A stretch of 57,386 nucleotides of DNA from Euryarchaeota archaeon UBA124 (GCA_002502215.1 DAPT01000073.1:9555-66940), one strand, 5' to 3'; shown: positions 24,615-34,185, numbered from the stretch's first letter. Numbers and translations: made by a program. Notes: generated by a model from the sequence alone, not told the origin.

Positions 24615-26417
24615 TCAATCTCGTTGTTGAAGCAACGCAACAACGAATCCAACAAAAATCAATGCACTAAGTGTCGGTGCAAACGATGGAACGAGACCTG
24701 GACTCGACACATCCGCACCGGTAACGACCATGTAATGATCGTTGTTGATTTCACTGTTTTCGTCGATTACGTTTGTTGGATCAATTCGAACACGTAGATC
24801 ATATTGGCCACTGTTTGGAACTGTGTACGACCATTCGATGATCTCGACACCATCTCCAAGAGATCCAGCAGGTAATGTTTGGACGTTCATCACCGTCCAC
24901 TGGGTTGTAGCACTGCGATCAGCAGGAGCGGCTTCCAGACTGACGACAACCGCACCAGCATACATTTGATTTGATTTCAGTTCCCCTGTAATAGCGACAT
25001 TTCCGAAAGTTTCACCTGGACGCACCACTAGACGGTCAACATCCGTTGCTGTTGTGTTCCAAGAAAGGTCAAGTCCGGGCATGACTTGGAATGCTTGGGG
25101 TTCTGTTGTTTCAGTGTTGCCAGCCTCATCTGCAATCGTGGCTCGCAGCATGAGGTATTGACGAGATTTTGTTGCCCAATTGGCCATAGCCAATCCACGG
25201 TCGAGTCCGGAACCAGGCAGTTCCAACCACTGGCCTGAGAGGTCAGGTGTTTGTCCTACGCCGTTGCTATCAAATCCATACTGCAACGATACAGCGCTGA
25301 GGTCGATACCTGATAGGAGATCGTACGTTGAATAGGAAATGTTTGCAGTTCCAATCAGGTCTGTGGTTAACGCATCCACAGTCCACCCAACCAGTTCCGG
25401 CATTGAGGTATCGACGCGAATCGTTTCAGAAATTGTGTTTCCAATGTTTCCAACACGATCCGTTGCTCGTAGAGAGATGGTATGGTTGCCTTCACTCAGG
25501 TCGATGGTGTGGGAGTTGCTCGACAATGACGTCCATGTACCTCCATCGATTTGCAATTCGACAAAATCAACACCGCTTCCTGACCCATCGTTTGCTGCGT
25601 CGAGTATTCCATTAACGATTACGGAGGTTGATGATTGCCACGAACCCCCGTTTCCAATCGCTACAGTACCCATTGTTGGCCCGCTTCGGTCAATACCGAT
25701 AAAGATCGTTTCAGAGCTGCTCAATCCCGAATTATCGAAGACTGTTAGTCGAGGATTCCAGGTTCCCTCAGAAAATGCGCCACTACTCCAGTCCCAGCCG
25801 TATGCCAGAGAAGTTGGACCATCCGAAGCAGGAGTCCCTGGTCCGGGTACATTTTGCAAGGAGGCTCGATCAAAATCATCATCCGAAATACCGTATCTGA
25901 ATTCGATTGTTCCGGTTTGGCTGACATTGAACCAAGCACGATCTGTGCTGCTTGTACCAGTTCCAATATCGGGTGAAAGGGCAGTAAAAGCCGTGATTTC
26001 GGGAATGTGATTGTCGATTGTAAATTCATCACTTGTTGTCATGGTTGCATCATTCACGTCTGAATCCCACCCACTGGCGCGAAGTGTATACGTGCCGTTG
26101 GTGTACGAAGTTGAGTCAAAATTGAACAACCAAGGTGATCCGGTTAAGTTGGTCAGCGTTGAGTAGGGGCCTCCAACCTCTGCGATTTCGACCAAGATGG
26201 AGTCGATGGTACCTGTGCCAGATAAACTGAATGTGATGGTCTTCAACCCAGTAACTGATTCGTCTTCACCTGGTCCGTTTGAGAACACTATGTTCACAGC
26301 GGATGTGGTAAACGATTTCTCATCCATATCGAGGTGAGTCGCCACTGGTGGTGAAAATGAGAGCATGGAGAGAAGTAGAAAGGCAACGAGGCTTACTGCA
26401 ACAGCCTTCCCTCCCAT
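24615..26417 (-). CDS. Secreted Ig-like/CARDB repeat surface protein with C-terminal TM anchor
   Basis: Signal peptide MGGKAVAVSLVAFLLLSMLSFSPPVA. Ig-like repeat signatures are present (DNHIPEITAF, DRSGPTMGTV, ATDRVGNIGNT, VDTSMPEL), as is a CARDB-type end (IDENSEINNDHYMV). The C-terminus is SPGLVPSFAPTLSALIFVGFVVALLQQRD. Confidence 0.75.
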   Translation of the reverse strand: MGGKAVAVSLVAFLLLSMLSFSPPVATHLDMDEKSFTTSAVNIVFSNGPGEDESVTGLKTITFSLSGTGTIDSILVEIAEVGGPYSTLTNLTGSPWLFNFDSTSYTNGTYTLRASGWDSDVNDATMTTSDEFTIDNHIPEITAFTALSPDIGTGTSSTDRAWFNVSQTGTIEFRYGISDDDFDRASLQNVPGPGTPASDGPTSLAYGWDWSSGAFSEGTWNPRLTVFDNSGLSSSETIFIGIDRSGPTMGTVAIGNGGSWQSSTSVIVNGILDAANDGSGSGVDFVELQIDGGTWTSLSSNSHTIDLSEGNHTISLRATDRVGNIGNTISETIRVDTSMPELVGWTVDALTTDLIGTANISYSTYDLLSGIDLSAVSLQYGFDSNGVGQTPDLSGQWLELPGSGLDRGLAMANWATKSRQYLMLRATIADEAGNTETTEPQAFQVMPGLDLSWNTTATDVDRLVVRPGETFGNVAITGELKSNQMYAGAVVVSLEAAPADRSATTQWTVMNVQTLPAGSLGDGVEIIEWSYTVPNSGQYDLRVRIDPTNVIDENSEINNDHYMVVTGADVSSPGLVPSFAPTLSALIFVGFVVALLQQRD

Positions 26418-26533
26418 GGTCTACCTAGACATGCGACCATCCTTCAAATCTCCCCTTCTTCCATGAGAATTCGCTCGGTCTTGTGTGATTCTGACCAGAT
26501 GGGTTCAAGTGCTTCGCATGTCGTCGAAATACC

Positions 26534-29359
26534 ATGGCGAGAGGCGCATATGCTGTGTGTTGTGTTCTTCTTATGTTGGCATCCGTGCCGATTGCTTCTG
26601 CAAATTCATACGATAGTAACGGAGTGCAGGCCTCAAGTTCTACTCTAAGCATTCTACCGGCAAGCCCGACCGAGGGCGGTTCAATCACGGGTTCGTTGAC
26701 GCTTCAAAACACAAATTCCCAGCTTGCGGCCAACGTTGAATATTCATTTTACGCAAACGCTATTTCGCCAAGTACACGTCTATTGACTTCAACTGTGAAC
26801 ATCCTTGCCAATGATTTTACGACTGTATCTGCGACATGGGACGGTTTGGCAGAGGGTGAAAACAAGTTATGGGTTAGCTATTCATACAACAACGGGCCAA
26901 CGCAAGAGTTCTACCATTCCTTCACAGTACAAGGCTTGCCGAGCCTTTACATCGTTGAATCAACCATGACTCCATCATCCGGTATCCATTCTGGCGATAC
27001 TGTGGGACTTAACACCAAGATTGCCAACATCGGCAGCGTCGATGCTCCTGCCTCGCATCTTGAAATTCGATTCCCAGGTTCAATGAGCGATGTTGAACTT
27101 GCAACCGAATCCATTGCTGCAGGGGCTGAAACATGGGTGAACACAACCTTCGTAGCACCATCAACAGGAACCTATCAGATTGAGCTCACGCCAGATGTCC
27201 GAGACGAAATCCAAGAATCTTCAGAACAAGGCAAATCCGTGTCTGTCGACCTTACTGTAGAGCCTCGAATGGATCTGTCGCACAATGGTGAATTGACCAT
27301 CACGGAAACACCTGGGTCATTGATTGGTCCTTGGACTGTTTCTGGCACCATGGCGCGTGAGGCCGGTGAAGGAACGACAACAGTCCCAATGGTTTTGCAA
27401 TTCCGAGAGGGTGCCTCAGTCATTCGTTCCTTGCAATCGTTCGACGTACAAATTTCCGGAACAGGGTACAGCACTCAATCATGGTCCACAACCATTGTGA
27501 GTACCGATATTGCCGGAATGCCGACAGGGCAGTATACTTTAGCGGCTGTTATCGATCCGTTCACATCGGGTTCTTTTACACAAGAGAACACAGAAAATGA
27601 TGAGCTCATTGCAACGTTTAGTCTCCCTGAAATTCCCGATGTATTCGTTGATCCTTTGGCTCTTGCAAACCGTTCAACAGTAGCGGCCGGAGAGCTTGTT
27701 GACTGGTCGATGACGGTAACAAATACAGGTGAAGTATCCGTTTCAGGAACGTTCCTTTACACCTGGGAAGGTCAAACATTTGAATCTCCACTCATCCTCC
27801 TCAATTCTGGTCAGACCTACACCTATACAACGTCTCATGGAACTGCACTGGGCCAACACACAGCAAACATCAATGTGCAGTGGAAAGCCTCGACAAATTC
27901 CTATGACCGAGTTCCGACCAACAGCGTCGCTACCGGAGACGTATTGGTTGAAGCGAATCTTCAATTGGATTGGGATGCGGACTCAATGATGTTGCTCGAT
28001 GAAGGAGGGGAAACAGCAACCTTCCCTCTCGAATCGGGTGAAGTGTACACCATGACCTTGGATGTTCGATCTACTCGTGGTACTGGGGACATCACCTTCA
28101 CATGCAAAAACAGCCAAACAACGTGGTCCTCAACGGATGTAAGCATTGAAAACCCAGGTGATCGAGAAGAAGTTTCGTGCACCTTTACCGCATCTGGTAA
28201 GATGTCGATTGTTCAGTTGATCCCATCCGATGCGATGATAGTGAGTACATTTGAGCGCTCTTTCTCTACTGCGATGGTTGATGGAAACACAGCCAATGGC
28301 GGGGACAGCGATGGAACCGGCACTGCGATTCTCATGCTCTTCGGTGCTCTGGCTCTCATCGGTGTTTTGGTTGGTGCTATTCTCCTGACTCGTGAGCGAG
28401 AAGAAGAAGTCGAGCGTGATATTTTCAACTATTGTCCTGCTTGCGATGGTGAACTTGAGGGTCATGAAGATCGCTGCCCGCATTGTTCGTTCAATCTACG
28501 AAAAGCTCGTTCGCAATTCCACGATTGTCATGCATGCGGTGAATCGATTCCCGACCTGATGGAAAACTGTCCATATTGTGGTACTGAGCAAGATGTTTCC
28601 TCTTTCTTTGAACGCAGAGAGCGTCGTGTTCGTGATGTTCCAAAAGAGAAAGAAGTCGTCGCATTACCTGACGAGGATGAAGATGAGATCGTTAGCGGTT
28701 CAGAGGACTTTGCTGATGCAGTCAAAGAATTCGGTTATGATGAATCAAACCTTGAAGATGAATGGGATGAAAACGTTGTTGCTGCGGAGGAAGAAGTTAC
28801 CGCAGCGTACGATATGCGAAACGCAGATGAAATCGCAATGGAAGACATGACCGAAGAGGAAATTGAAGAAATGCAAAACCAAGTTGTACCGACTCTGAAG
28901 ACGGTTCAAGAATCCTTTGAAGGCCATGATCTGGATGCCTTCTTGCCAACAAAGGACAAGATGAAATCGCTCAAGGACGATGGAGAGGACAAAGACGGGG
29001 CTGCTTGGACGACACTGTCTGCGAGCGATGCCGACATACGTGGCGACCTGTTTGAGTTAACAGGTGAGGAAGGCGTTATGCCTGGAGAGAAGGTTGTTGT
29101 TGGAATGGGTCTTACGGACAGTTCACTCGCTGGAAATGAGATTACTGAAGCGAGTGCGGACTTTGCTTTCGATGATGATTCTGAATTACCACTTACTGTC
29201 GAAGACGGTGATAAGACAGCAACTGCAAAACCGCGTCGCCGACCTCGCCGAAAGCGAACATCGAAGCCTGAAATCGAAACGGCAGATTGCGGTTCATGTG
29301 GCGCGGTCGTTCCTGCTGATGCCAAGGAATGCCCAACGTGTGGTGCAAAATTCGAGTGA
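26534..29359 (+). CDS. Large surface protein: extracellular CARDB-like repeats, one TM, ~320-aa acidic cytoplasmic tail with three zinc ribbons
   Basis: Signal peptide MARGAYAVCCVLLMLASVPIASA. Repeat signatures IANIGSVDAPA, VTNTGEVSVSG, ENTENDE. TM helix GTAILMLFGALALIGVLVGAILL. The tail contains CPACDGELEGHEDRCPHC, CHACGESIPDLMENCPYCG and the terminal CGSCGAVVPADAKECPTCGAKFE. Confidence 0.8.
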   Translation: MARGAYAVCCVLLMLASVPIASANSYDSNGVQASSSTLSILPASPTEGGSITGSLTLQNTNSQLAANVEYSFYANAISPSTRLLTSTVNILANDFTTVSATWDGLAEGENKLWVSYSYNNGPTQEFYHSFTVQGLPSLYIVESTMTPSSGIHSGDTVGLNTKIANIGSVDAPASHLEIRFPGSMSDVELATESIAAGAETWVNTTFVAPSTGTYQIELTPDVRDEIQESSEQGKSVSVDLTVEPRMDLSHNGELTITETPGSLIGPWTVSGTMAREAGEGTTTVPMVLQFREGASVIRSLQSFDVQISGTGYSTQSWSTTIVSTDIAGMPTGQYTLAAVIDPFTSGSFTQENTENDELIATFSLPEIPDVFVDPLALANRSTVAAGELVDWSMTVTNTGEVSVSGTFLYTWEGQTFESPLILLNSGQTYTYTTSHGTALGQHTANINVQWKASTNSYDRVPTNSVATGDVLVEANLQLDWDADSMMLLDEGGETATFPLESGEVYTMTLDVRSTRGTGDITFTCKNSQTTWSSTDVSIENPGDREEVSCTFTASGKMSIVQLIPSDAMIVSTFERSFSTAMVDGNTANGGDSDGTGTAILMLFGALALIGVLVGAILLTREREEEVERDIFNYCPACDGELEGHEDRCPHCSFNLRKARSQFHDCHACGESIPDLMENCPYCGTEQDVSSFFERRERRVRDVPKEKEVVALPDEDEDEIVSGSEDFADAVKEFGYDESNLEDEWDENVVAAEEEVTAAYDMRNADEIAMEDMTEEEIEEMQNQVVPTLKTVQESFEGHDLDAFLPTKDKMKSLKDDGEDKDGAAWTTLSASDADIRGDLFELTGEEGVMPGEKVVVGMGLTDSSLAGNEITEASADFAFDDDSELPLTVEDGDKTATAKPRRRPRRKRTSKPEIETADCGSCGAVVPADAKECPTCGAKFE

Positions 29360-29511
29360 TTGATGCCTGTCAGCACTCATAGGGTTCGTCATCGCTTGCG
29401 CTCGGATTCATTGTTGCGTCATTCAGGCAATGTGTTTGAATCACATCCTCCGTTTGAACGCTTCCCCACGACGGGGTGATTTTCATATCATTGAGTTGAC
29501 TGGGTCGAACC

Positions 29512-30063
29512 ATGCAGCAGAGGATGTTAACGGTCTTTCTGGCTCTTACCATGCTGCTCATCTCAACATCAGGCTGCATTGGTTTGCTCCAAGGAAGGGA
29601 GTTCATGGAGCACCTTCGTGGGGATGTAAAGCAAGATACGGACATTCAAACCACTGCTATCGAGCATTATTTCTCGAATGCAGAAGTCAATGTCGAATGG
29701 AATGAAAAGTTCACCATAGATTCAGAAGTAACGAGAATCGGTGTCTACTTCAAAACGGAAATGGCCGGAGAAATTATTCGTGATCTGGCTCCTGCAATTT
29801 TCGATATACGTGAAGTCGAAGTGACGATTCGCGATCCGAATGGGAAAATTGAGTACAACGCCACACATGATTCAACAAAATCAGCGCCTTACGTTCTTAT
29901 CGAACCAGAACTTGGTGGTAAGTTCGTTTCAGGAGAATGGGACATCGAGGTTGTCGGTACAGGTGGTGGATTCCTCACGGAACAAGACAATTTCCTTCTC
30001 AGCGTTGACGTCACTCGGACGTGTACCATCTACCCACAGGACGACGTTTGTGTCGTCGATTAA
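29512..30063 (+). CDS. Hypothetical secreted lipoprotein-like protein
   Basis: N-terminus MQQRMLTVFLALTMLLISTSGCIG is a signal peptide with a lipobox-like SGC. The remainder is beta-rich with no motif I recognise. Confidence 0.55.
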   Translation: MQQRMLTVFLALTMLLISTSGCIGLLQGREFMEHLRGDVKQDTDIQTTAIEHYFSNAEVNVEWNEKFTIDSEVTRIGVYFKTEMAGEIIRDLAPAIFDIREVEVTIRDPNGKIEYNATHDSTKSAPYVLIEPELGGKFVSGEWDIEVVGTGGGFLTEQDNFLLSVDVTRTCTIYPQDDVCVVD

Positions 30064-31250
30064 ACAAGCGATTCATCGCAGGCGTACCTGCGACTGCAGT
30101 TGCGGCATTTTCCTTCACGATCGTGATTTCGTTTCGCACCGCCTTCGACCATCAATCGCTGAACTTCAATGATGTTCTCCTGGAGATGTCGTTTGGAATG
30201 CTCGTCCCAGAAGACTTGGTGAATATCTTGATCTCCGTAGCGTAAAATGCCGTAAGGAGGCGATTTCTTGGTGTTTGATTCAACGAGTGAAATGTATGCA
30301 AGCAGTTGTAAACGATGGGATTGGTGAGGTTTCTTGGGCACCTTACCCGTCTTCTGCTCAACGGGGATAAACTCACCCTCGATGATGACGATTTGATCGG
30401 GTCGCCCACGTAGTCCTGAAACATCATCAACCAACAGTTCACTGCTCTTTTCATCGTCTGAATAAACCAGTTCAGTACCGGCATCAAGACCTGCTTTCTC
30501 TCGACTTGAAACCATCTCATTCTCGGCTCTGAGTGAGCGTTGGAGTTGCCAAGTAGCAAAAAACGTCCAAATGAAGGCGATTACGATGAGGATAAAACCA
30601 GCTTGACTTCGGTTTTCAGCAGCAACCAGAGCGATAGCATGGATGCCGATAACAATGGTTGCGAGCAAAAGACCTGCCTCGGTTTTGCCTGCTGAAAACC
30701 ATCCTCCAAGGAAGCCAATTGGGCTCCATGTGGGTTCCAAACCTGTCGAGGAAAATCGATTCCGAATCTCTCGAATCTCTTTCATACTGCGTTCAATGCT
30801 GAACCACTGACGCCACGGCAAGGCAATGGAAAGAACTGCAGCAATAAGACAAGAAACCGACCACATCGACAAAATCCTTGCAAATTCAATTGGTGAGTTC
30901 ATGACGTCGTCGATGTAGACAAAGGCGATTGAATCGATCATGAAGGCGATGATTATTCCGTACCACCATGACCAGATGAGTAACGAACGACGCATACGAA
31001 TCAGTGCTGTCTGAAAATCACTCATTTCATTGTGGATCTGTTTGTGTTTTTCTACACCCTCTTCAACGGCTTCACCAATTCCAGATGCTCCCTCTTTCGC
31101 AAGTTGCCATGAAAGAGGGCAATACATGAATCGTTCCAAATCGCTTGCGCTTACTGGCAACGGCGTCCCAGACCCGTCGTTGAAATAACCCTCAGGGCCT
31201 CTTTTCGCTTTGGCAAAAGAGCCCCCCATAATTTCATCTTTCATCCACAC
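30060..31250 (-). CDS. Cas4/DUF83-family PD-(D/E)XK Fe-S nuclease interrupted by a four-helix transmembrane insertion
   Basis: Cas4 elements occur in canonical order: FMYCPLSW, EGVEKHKQIH, LRGRPDQIVIIEGEFIPVEQKTGK, HRLQLLAYISL and CRNCSRRYAC (C-x2-C-x5-C). Four hydrophobic segments of about 20 aa are inserted between the first two parts (about nt 30515-30990). Confidence 0.75.
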   Translation of the reverse strand: MWMKDEIMGGSFAKAKRGPEGYFNDGSGTPLPVSASDLERFMYCPLSWQLAKEGASGIGEAVEEGVEKHKQIHNEMSDFQTALIRMRRSLLIWSWWYGIIIAFMIDSIAFVYIDDVMNSPIEFARILSMWSVSCLIAAVLSIALPWRQWFSIERSMKEIREIRNRFSSTGLEPTWSPIGFLGGWFSAGKTEAGLLLATIVIGIHAIALVAAENRSQAGFILIVIAFIWTFFATWQLQRSLRAENEMVSSREKAGLDAGTELVYSDDEKSSELLVDDVSGLRGRPDQIVIIEGEFIPVEQKTGKVPKKPHQSHRLQLLAYISLVESNTKKSPPYGILRYGDQDIHQVFWDEHSKRHLQENIIEVQRLMVEGGAKRNHDREGKCRNCSRRYACDESLV

Positions 31251-31351
31251 AGATTTGATTTCTTCCCCTTCTTACGTCAAAGACGTAGTTTGGAGATGAT
31301 GCGAAGCGGTTAAGAAGAGGGTTTTGGTCGGTTGCTTGCTGAGGCACCATT

Positions 31352-31960
31352 ATGTCTGATGAAACTGAACTCCTGATTCCACTAGAACTCTACGAAGAAT
31401 CCGGTGTTAACATTGGAACAAAGCAGAAGAGTGCCGACATGGGCCGTTTCATTGATACCGTCAATTCCGATGGTCTTTACCTTCTCAACCTCAACCAAAC
31501 CGACAACCGTATCCGCATTATTGCCTCCTTTTTGAACCAATACGAACCATCGCAAATTATGGTCGTTTCCGCTCGTCAATACGGACAGCGACCTGCTCGA
31601 ATGTTTGCTGAAGCAATCGGTGCAAACTCAGCTGTTGGCCGATTTATCCCGGGAAGCTTGACAAATCCAGCTCTCCGCTCGTACAAGGAACCAGACATCC
31701 TGTTCGTTACAGACCCAGCTTCTGACCAGCAATCACTCCGAGAGGCTGTCAACACGGGACTGCCAATCGTTGGGCTTGTCGATGCAAACAACAAACTCCG
31801 AAACGTCGATGTTGCACTCCCCGCAAACAACAAGAGTCGACATTCCCTTGCACTCATTTATTGGCTTCTCTCCCGAGAAGTTCTCAAGTCACGTGGTGAA
31901 ACCACCGACGAGGCGTGGGCAGAAGCCAACGATCTCGAAGAATGGAAGTCAACCTTTTGA
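31352..31960 (+). CDS. rps2: 30S ribosomal protein uS2 (archaeal S2/SAe type)
   Basis: Motifs LLIPLELYEESGVNIGTKQKSADMGRFI, GLYLLNLNQTDNRIRIIASFL, FIPGSLTNP, DILFVTDPASDQQSLREA and PIVGLVDANN. Confidence 0.9.
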   Translation: MSDETELLIPLELYEESGVNIGTKQKSADMGRFIDTVNSDGLYLLNLNQTDNRIRIIASFLNQYEPSQIMVVSARQYGQRPARMFAEAIGANSAVGRFIPGSLTNPALRSYKEPDILFVTDPASDQQSLREAVNTGLPIVGLVDANNKLRNVDVALPANNKSRHSLALIYWLLSREVLKSRGETTDEAWAEANDLEEWKSTF

Positions 31961-32983
31961 GATTGGTTTCAAGAATTCTGAAATCGCTTGTGCGGATTCA
32001 TTGACATCAGTAAGTTCGTGCATTAACGTCCGAACTGATCTTGCTCCTGGTAACCCTTTTGAGAATGCAATGGCATGTCGCTGCATTGTTTGTTTGGCAA
32101 GTCCTGTGGTCTCTCGACACAGCGTGATGTAACGATCCCAGCACCATCTTCGAGACGCAAAAGCTTTGGAAGTTTCAGACAACGTATCCCATTCACCTTC
32201 GTATTGACTGACCCAAGGCAACTCTTCTTTTTCCATCCAACCAAGACCGACCTTGATTTGTGCAAAGACGTCTGGTCGTCCAATCGCTGCGCGCCCAACC
32301 ATGAGTCCTGAGGCATTGGTTTGTTCCAAACACAATCGTGCACTTTTTGCATCGGTAATGTCTCCATTCGCTACGACTGGGACACCAACTGCATTGACCG
32401 CTGTTTGTATGGTTTCCCAATCAGCAATACCCGAGTATCGCTGGCGAAGCGTCCTTCCGTGGATGCACAATCGTTGTGCACCGACCTTTTCCAGTGACCG
32501 ACAGATGTTGACTGCATTGTTTGGACCTTGACCAGTACCAAGGCGCATTTTTGCAGTTACAGGCACATCAACGGCTCCCACAATGTTTTCTACCATCGTG
32601 ACAAGTCGTTGCGGTTCACCCATCAGCGCTGCCCCAGCACAGATGCTGGTGACCTTCGGTGCCGGGCATCCAAAATTGAGGTCGATAACATCCGCTGACT
32701 CTTGCAACATTGTTGCTGCTTTTACCATATCTTCCATTTCCCCTCCAAAGATTTGTGGGATGAACGGTTGTTCTCTCGGATCAGACTCCATTTTCCTCCA
32801 TGAAGCGGTTGCTTCCCTACTCAACGCTGTACTGTTGGTGAATTCAGTGATGGTGATGTCTGCCCCACATTCCTTTGCAAGCAAGCGATACGGAAGGTCT
32901 GAAACACCAGCCATTGGAGCCAAGTAAAGTGGTCGCTGTTCTCCCGACCAAGGCTCGTAGGTGTCAAACCCAACGTTGCTCAT
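31949..32983 (-). CDS. dus: tRNA-dihydrouridine synthase
   Basis: Dus/TIM-barrel flavoenzyme motifs LAPMAGVSDLPYRLL, DVIDLNFGCPAPKV, AKMRLG, IHGRT and VVANGDI. Its 3' end overlaps the rps2 3' end by 12 nt (convergent). Confidence 0.9.
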   Translation of the reverse strand: MSNVGFDTYEPWSGEQRPLYLAPMAGVSDLPYRLLAKECGADITITEFTNSTALSREATASWRKMESDPREQPFIPQIFGGEMEDMVKAATMLQESADVIDLNFGCPAPKVTSICAGAALMGEPQRLVTMVENIVGAVDVPVTAKMRLGTGQGPNNAVNICRSLEKVGAQRLCIHGRTLRQRYSGIADWETIQTAVNAVGVPVVANGDITDAKSARLCLEQTNASGLMVGRAAIGRPDVFAQIKVGLGWMEKEELPWVSQYEGEWDTLSETSKAFASRRWCWDRYITLCRETTGLAKQTMQRHAIAFSKGLPGARSVRTLMHELTDVNESAQAISEFLKPISKG

Positions 32984-34185
32984 CGTTCATCGCCCGCAGT
33001 CAAGACCTCTTCAATCATCGTGCCGACTCGTCGAATTCTTCGCAACAATCTGTCGAGTCGAGCAGTGATGTTTTGTTTTGAATCATCAATTGAAGTACCG
33101 ATGAGTCGGTAACCCAGCGGTAATCGTCCGCCGAGAAGATTGAGCAAAAGCATTTGTTCCGAAGCTCGGATGTTTTGCATGGAATTCTGGACTACTTCGA
33201 TGGTGAGTTTACCTTTGCTGAGGGGTTGAAGCAATGCGTTGTGATTCTTTTCATGAATGAGCCGCATGAAACCTCCTTTTTTGAGAAGCCAGTCTTCTCC
33301 ACGGCGCTGATGCTGCGTTACCATTGCAGACCACAATGCAGATGCGAGTCGATCGGTTCGTGGTATTCGTTCAACCAATCCACATGCTCGAAATCGTTCA
33401 AGAATTCTACCCAGTCGAGCTTTCTGTCCCCCGAATTGGTCATGCGCGTCATCCAATGAGATAGGGTTTCCAGTGTTGAGGAGAAGAGTGAACAGTTGTT
33501 CAGAGACCGAATTCTTGAGTAATTCATTACCGGGTCGATCACCAAGCAACCCAAAATCAGCCATCCATTGAGTTAACTCGGATGCGCCTTCTTGCTCAGG
33601 CCGATAGTCGGTGATACTCAAGTTGAGCGAGAGAGGCGATTCCTCTGCAATTTCATTCTCCAGAGCCAAACCTTCTCGATTCCAGCTCAAACCAAGTTGA
33701 TCCATTTTTTGTTCTAGAATTAATCCGTACTGAGAAAAGCATAATTCAAGCGAACGAGACAAACTTCCTCCACGGAGAATGTAAGTTCTCCAACCTTTTC
33801 CTTCGTTTGTGTAGGAGAGTAATCCAGATTGGCTGAGTCGAGATAAGTGGTGATTCAATGCAGCAGGTGTCATTGCCAGTTCATCGGACAATTCTTGCGC
33901 ATCCCATGACTTGGTTGGATGCGAGAAGAAATGATCCCTTAGCATACGATGTATCGGTGATGCCGAACCATAGTCCGCTGTCGCATCCCCCTTCCGACGA
34001 ACAAAACAAAACGATTCAACAAACCAACCAACCAATCGATCAATGGATCGGTCCGTCGTTGGCATTGGAAGTTCTTCCAACTTGACATTCAGCATGAAGG
34101 AAGTCATCTGCCGATGGTCTTTGAAGGCTATGCAACAATTGCTTTTCAGAAAGGGAAAATTAAGCCTGAACTCTGCGACCATCAT
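32980..34185 (-). CDS. Predicted transcriptional regulator with two winged-helix (ArsR-like) domains
   Basis: wHTH-like segments WDAQELSDELAMTPAALNHHLSRLSQSGLLSY...WRTYIL and LDDAHDQFGGQKARLGRILERFRACGLVERI. The stop overlaps the dus start (ATGA). The start is uncertain; ATG 34107 would avoid overlap with the upstream gene. Confidence 0.55.
   Translation of the reverse strand: MMVAEFRLNFPFLKSNCCIAFKDHRQMTSFMLNVKLEELPMPTTDRSIDRLVGWFVESFCFVRRKGDATADYGSASPIHRMLRDHFFSHPTKSWDAQELSDELAMTPAALNHHLSRLSQSGLLSYTNEGKGWRTYILRGGSLSRSLELCFSQYGLILEQKMDQLGLSWNREGLALENEIAEESPLSLNLSITDYRPEQEGASELTQWMADFGLLGDRPGNELLKNSVSEQLFTLLLNTGNPISLDDAHDQFGGQKARLGRILERFRACGLVERIPRTDRLASALWSAMVTQHQRRGEDWLLKKGGFMRLIHEKNHNALLQPLSKGKLTIEVVQNSMQNIRASEQMLLLNLLGGRLPLGYRLIGTSIDDSKQNITARLDRLLRRIRRVGTMIEEVLTAGDER

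Noticed and set aside
25339-26010. 223-aa plus-strand ORF inside the 600-aa surface-protein gene. Other long antisense ORFs in large genes are similar (4569-5069, 7488-8012, 28906-29376, 45165-45800, 45825-46283).
   Set aside because: These are antisense to long ORFs that have signal peptides and repeat-domain signatures. They lack start context and motifs, and are typical shadow ORFs of Asp/Thr/Ser/Val-rich genes.
29370-29705. Overlapping 91-aa ORFs on both strands in the gap before the lipoprotein gene.
   Set aside because: They have no motifs, are mutually exclusive, and one overlaps the lipoprotein start. I treat this as non-coding or promoter region.
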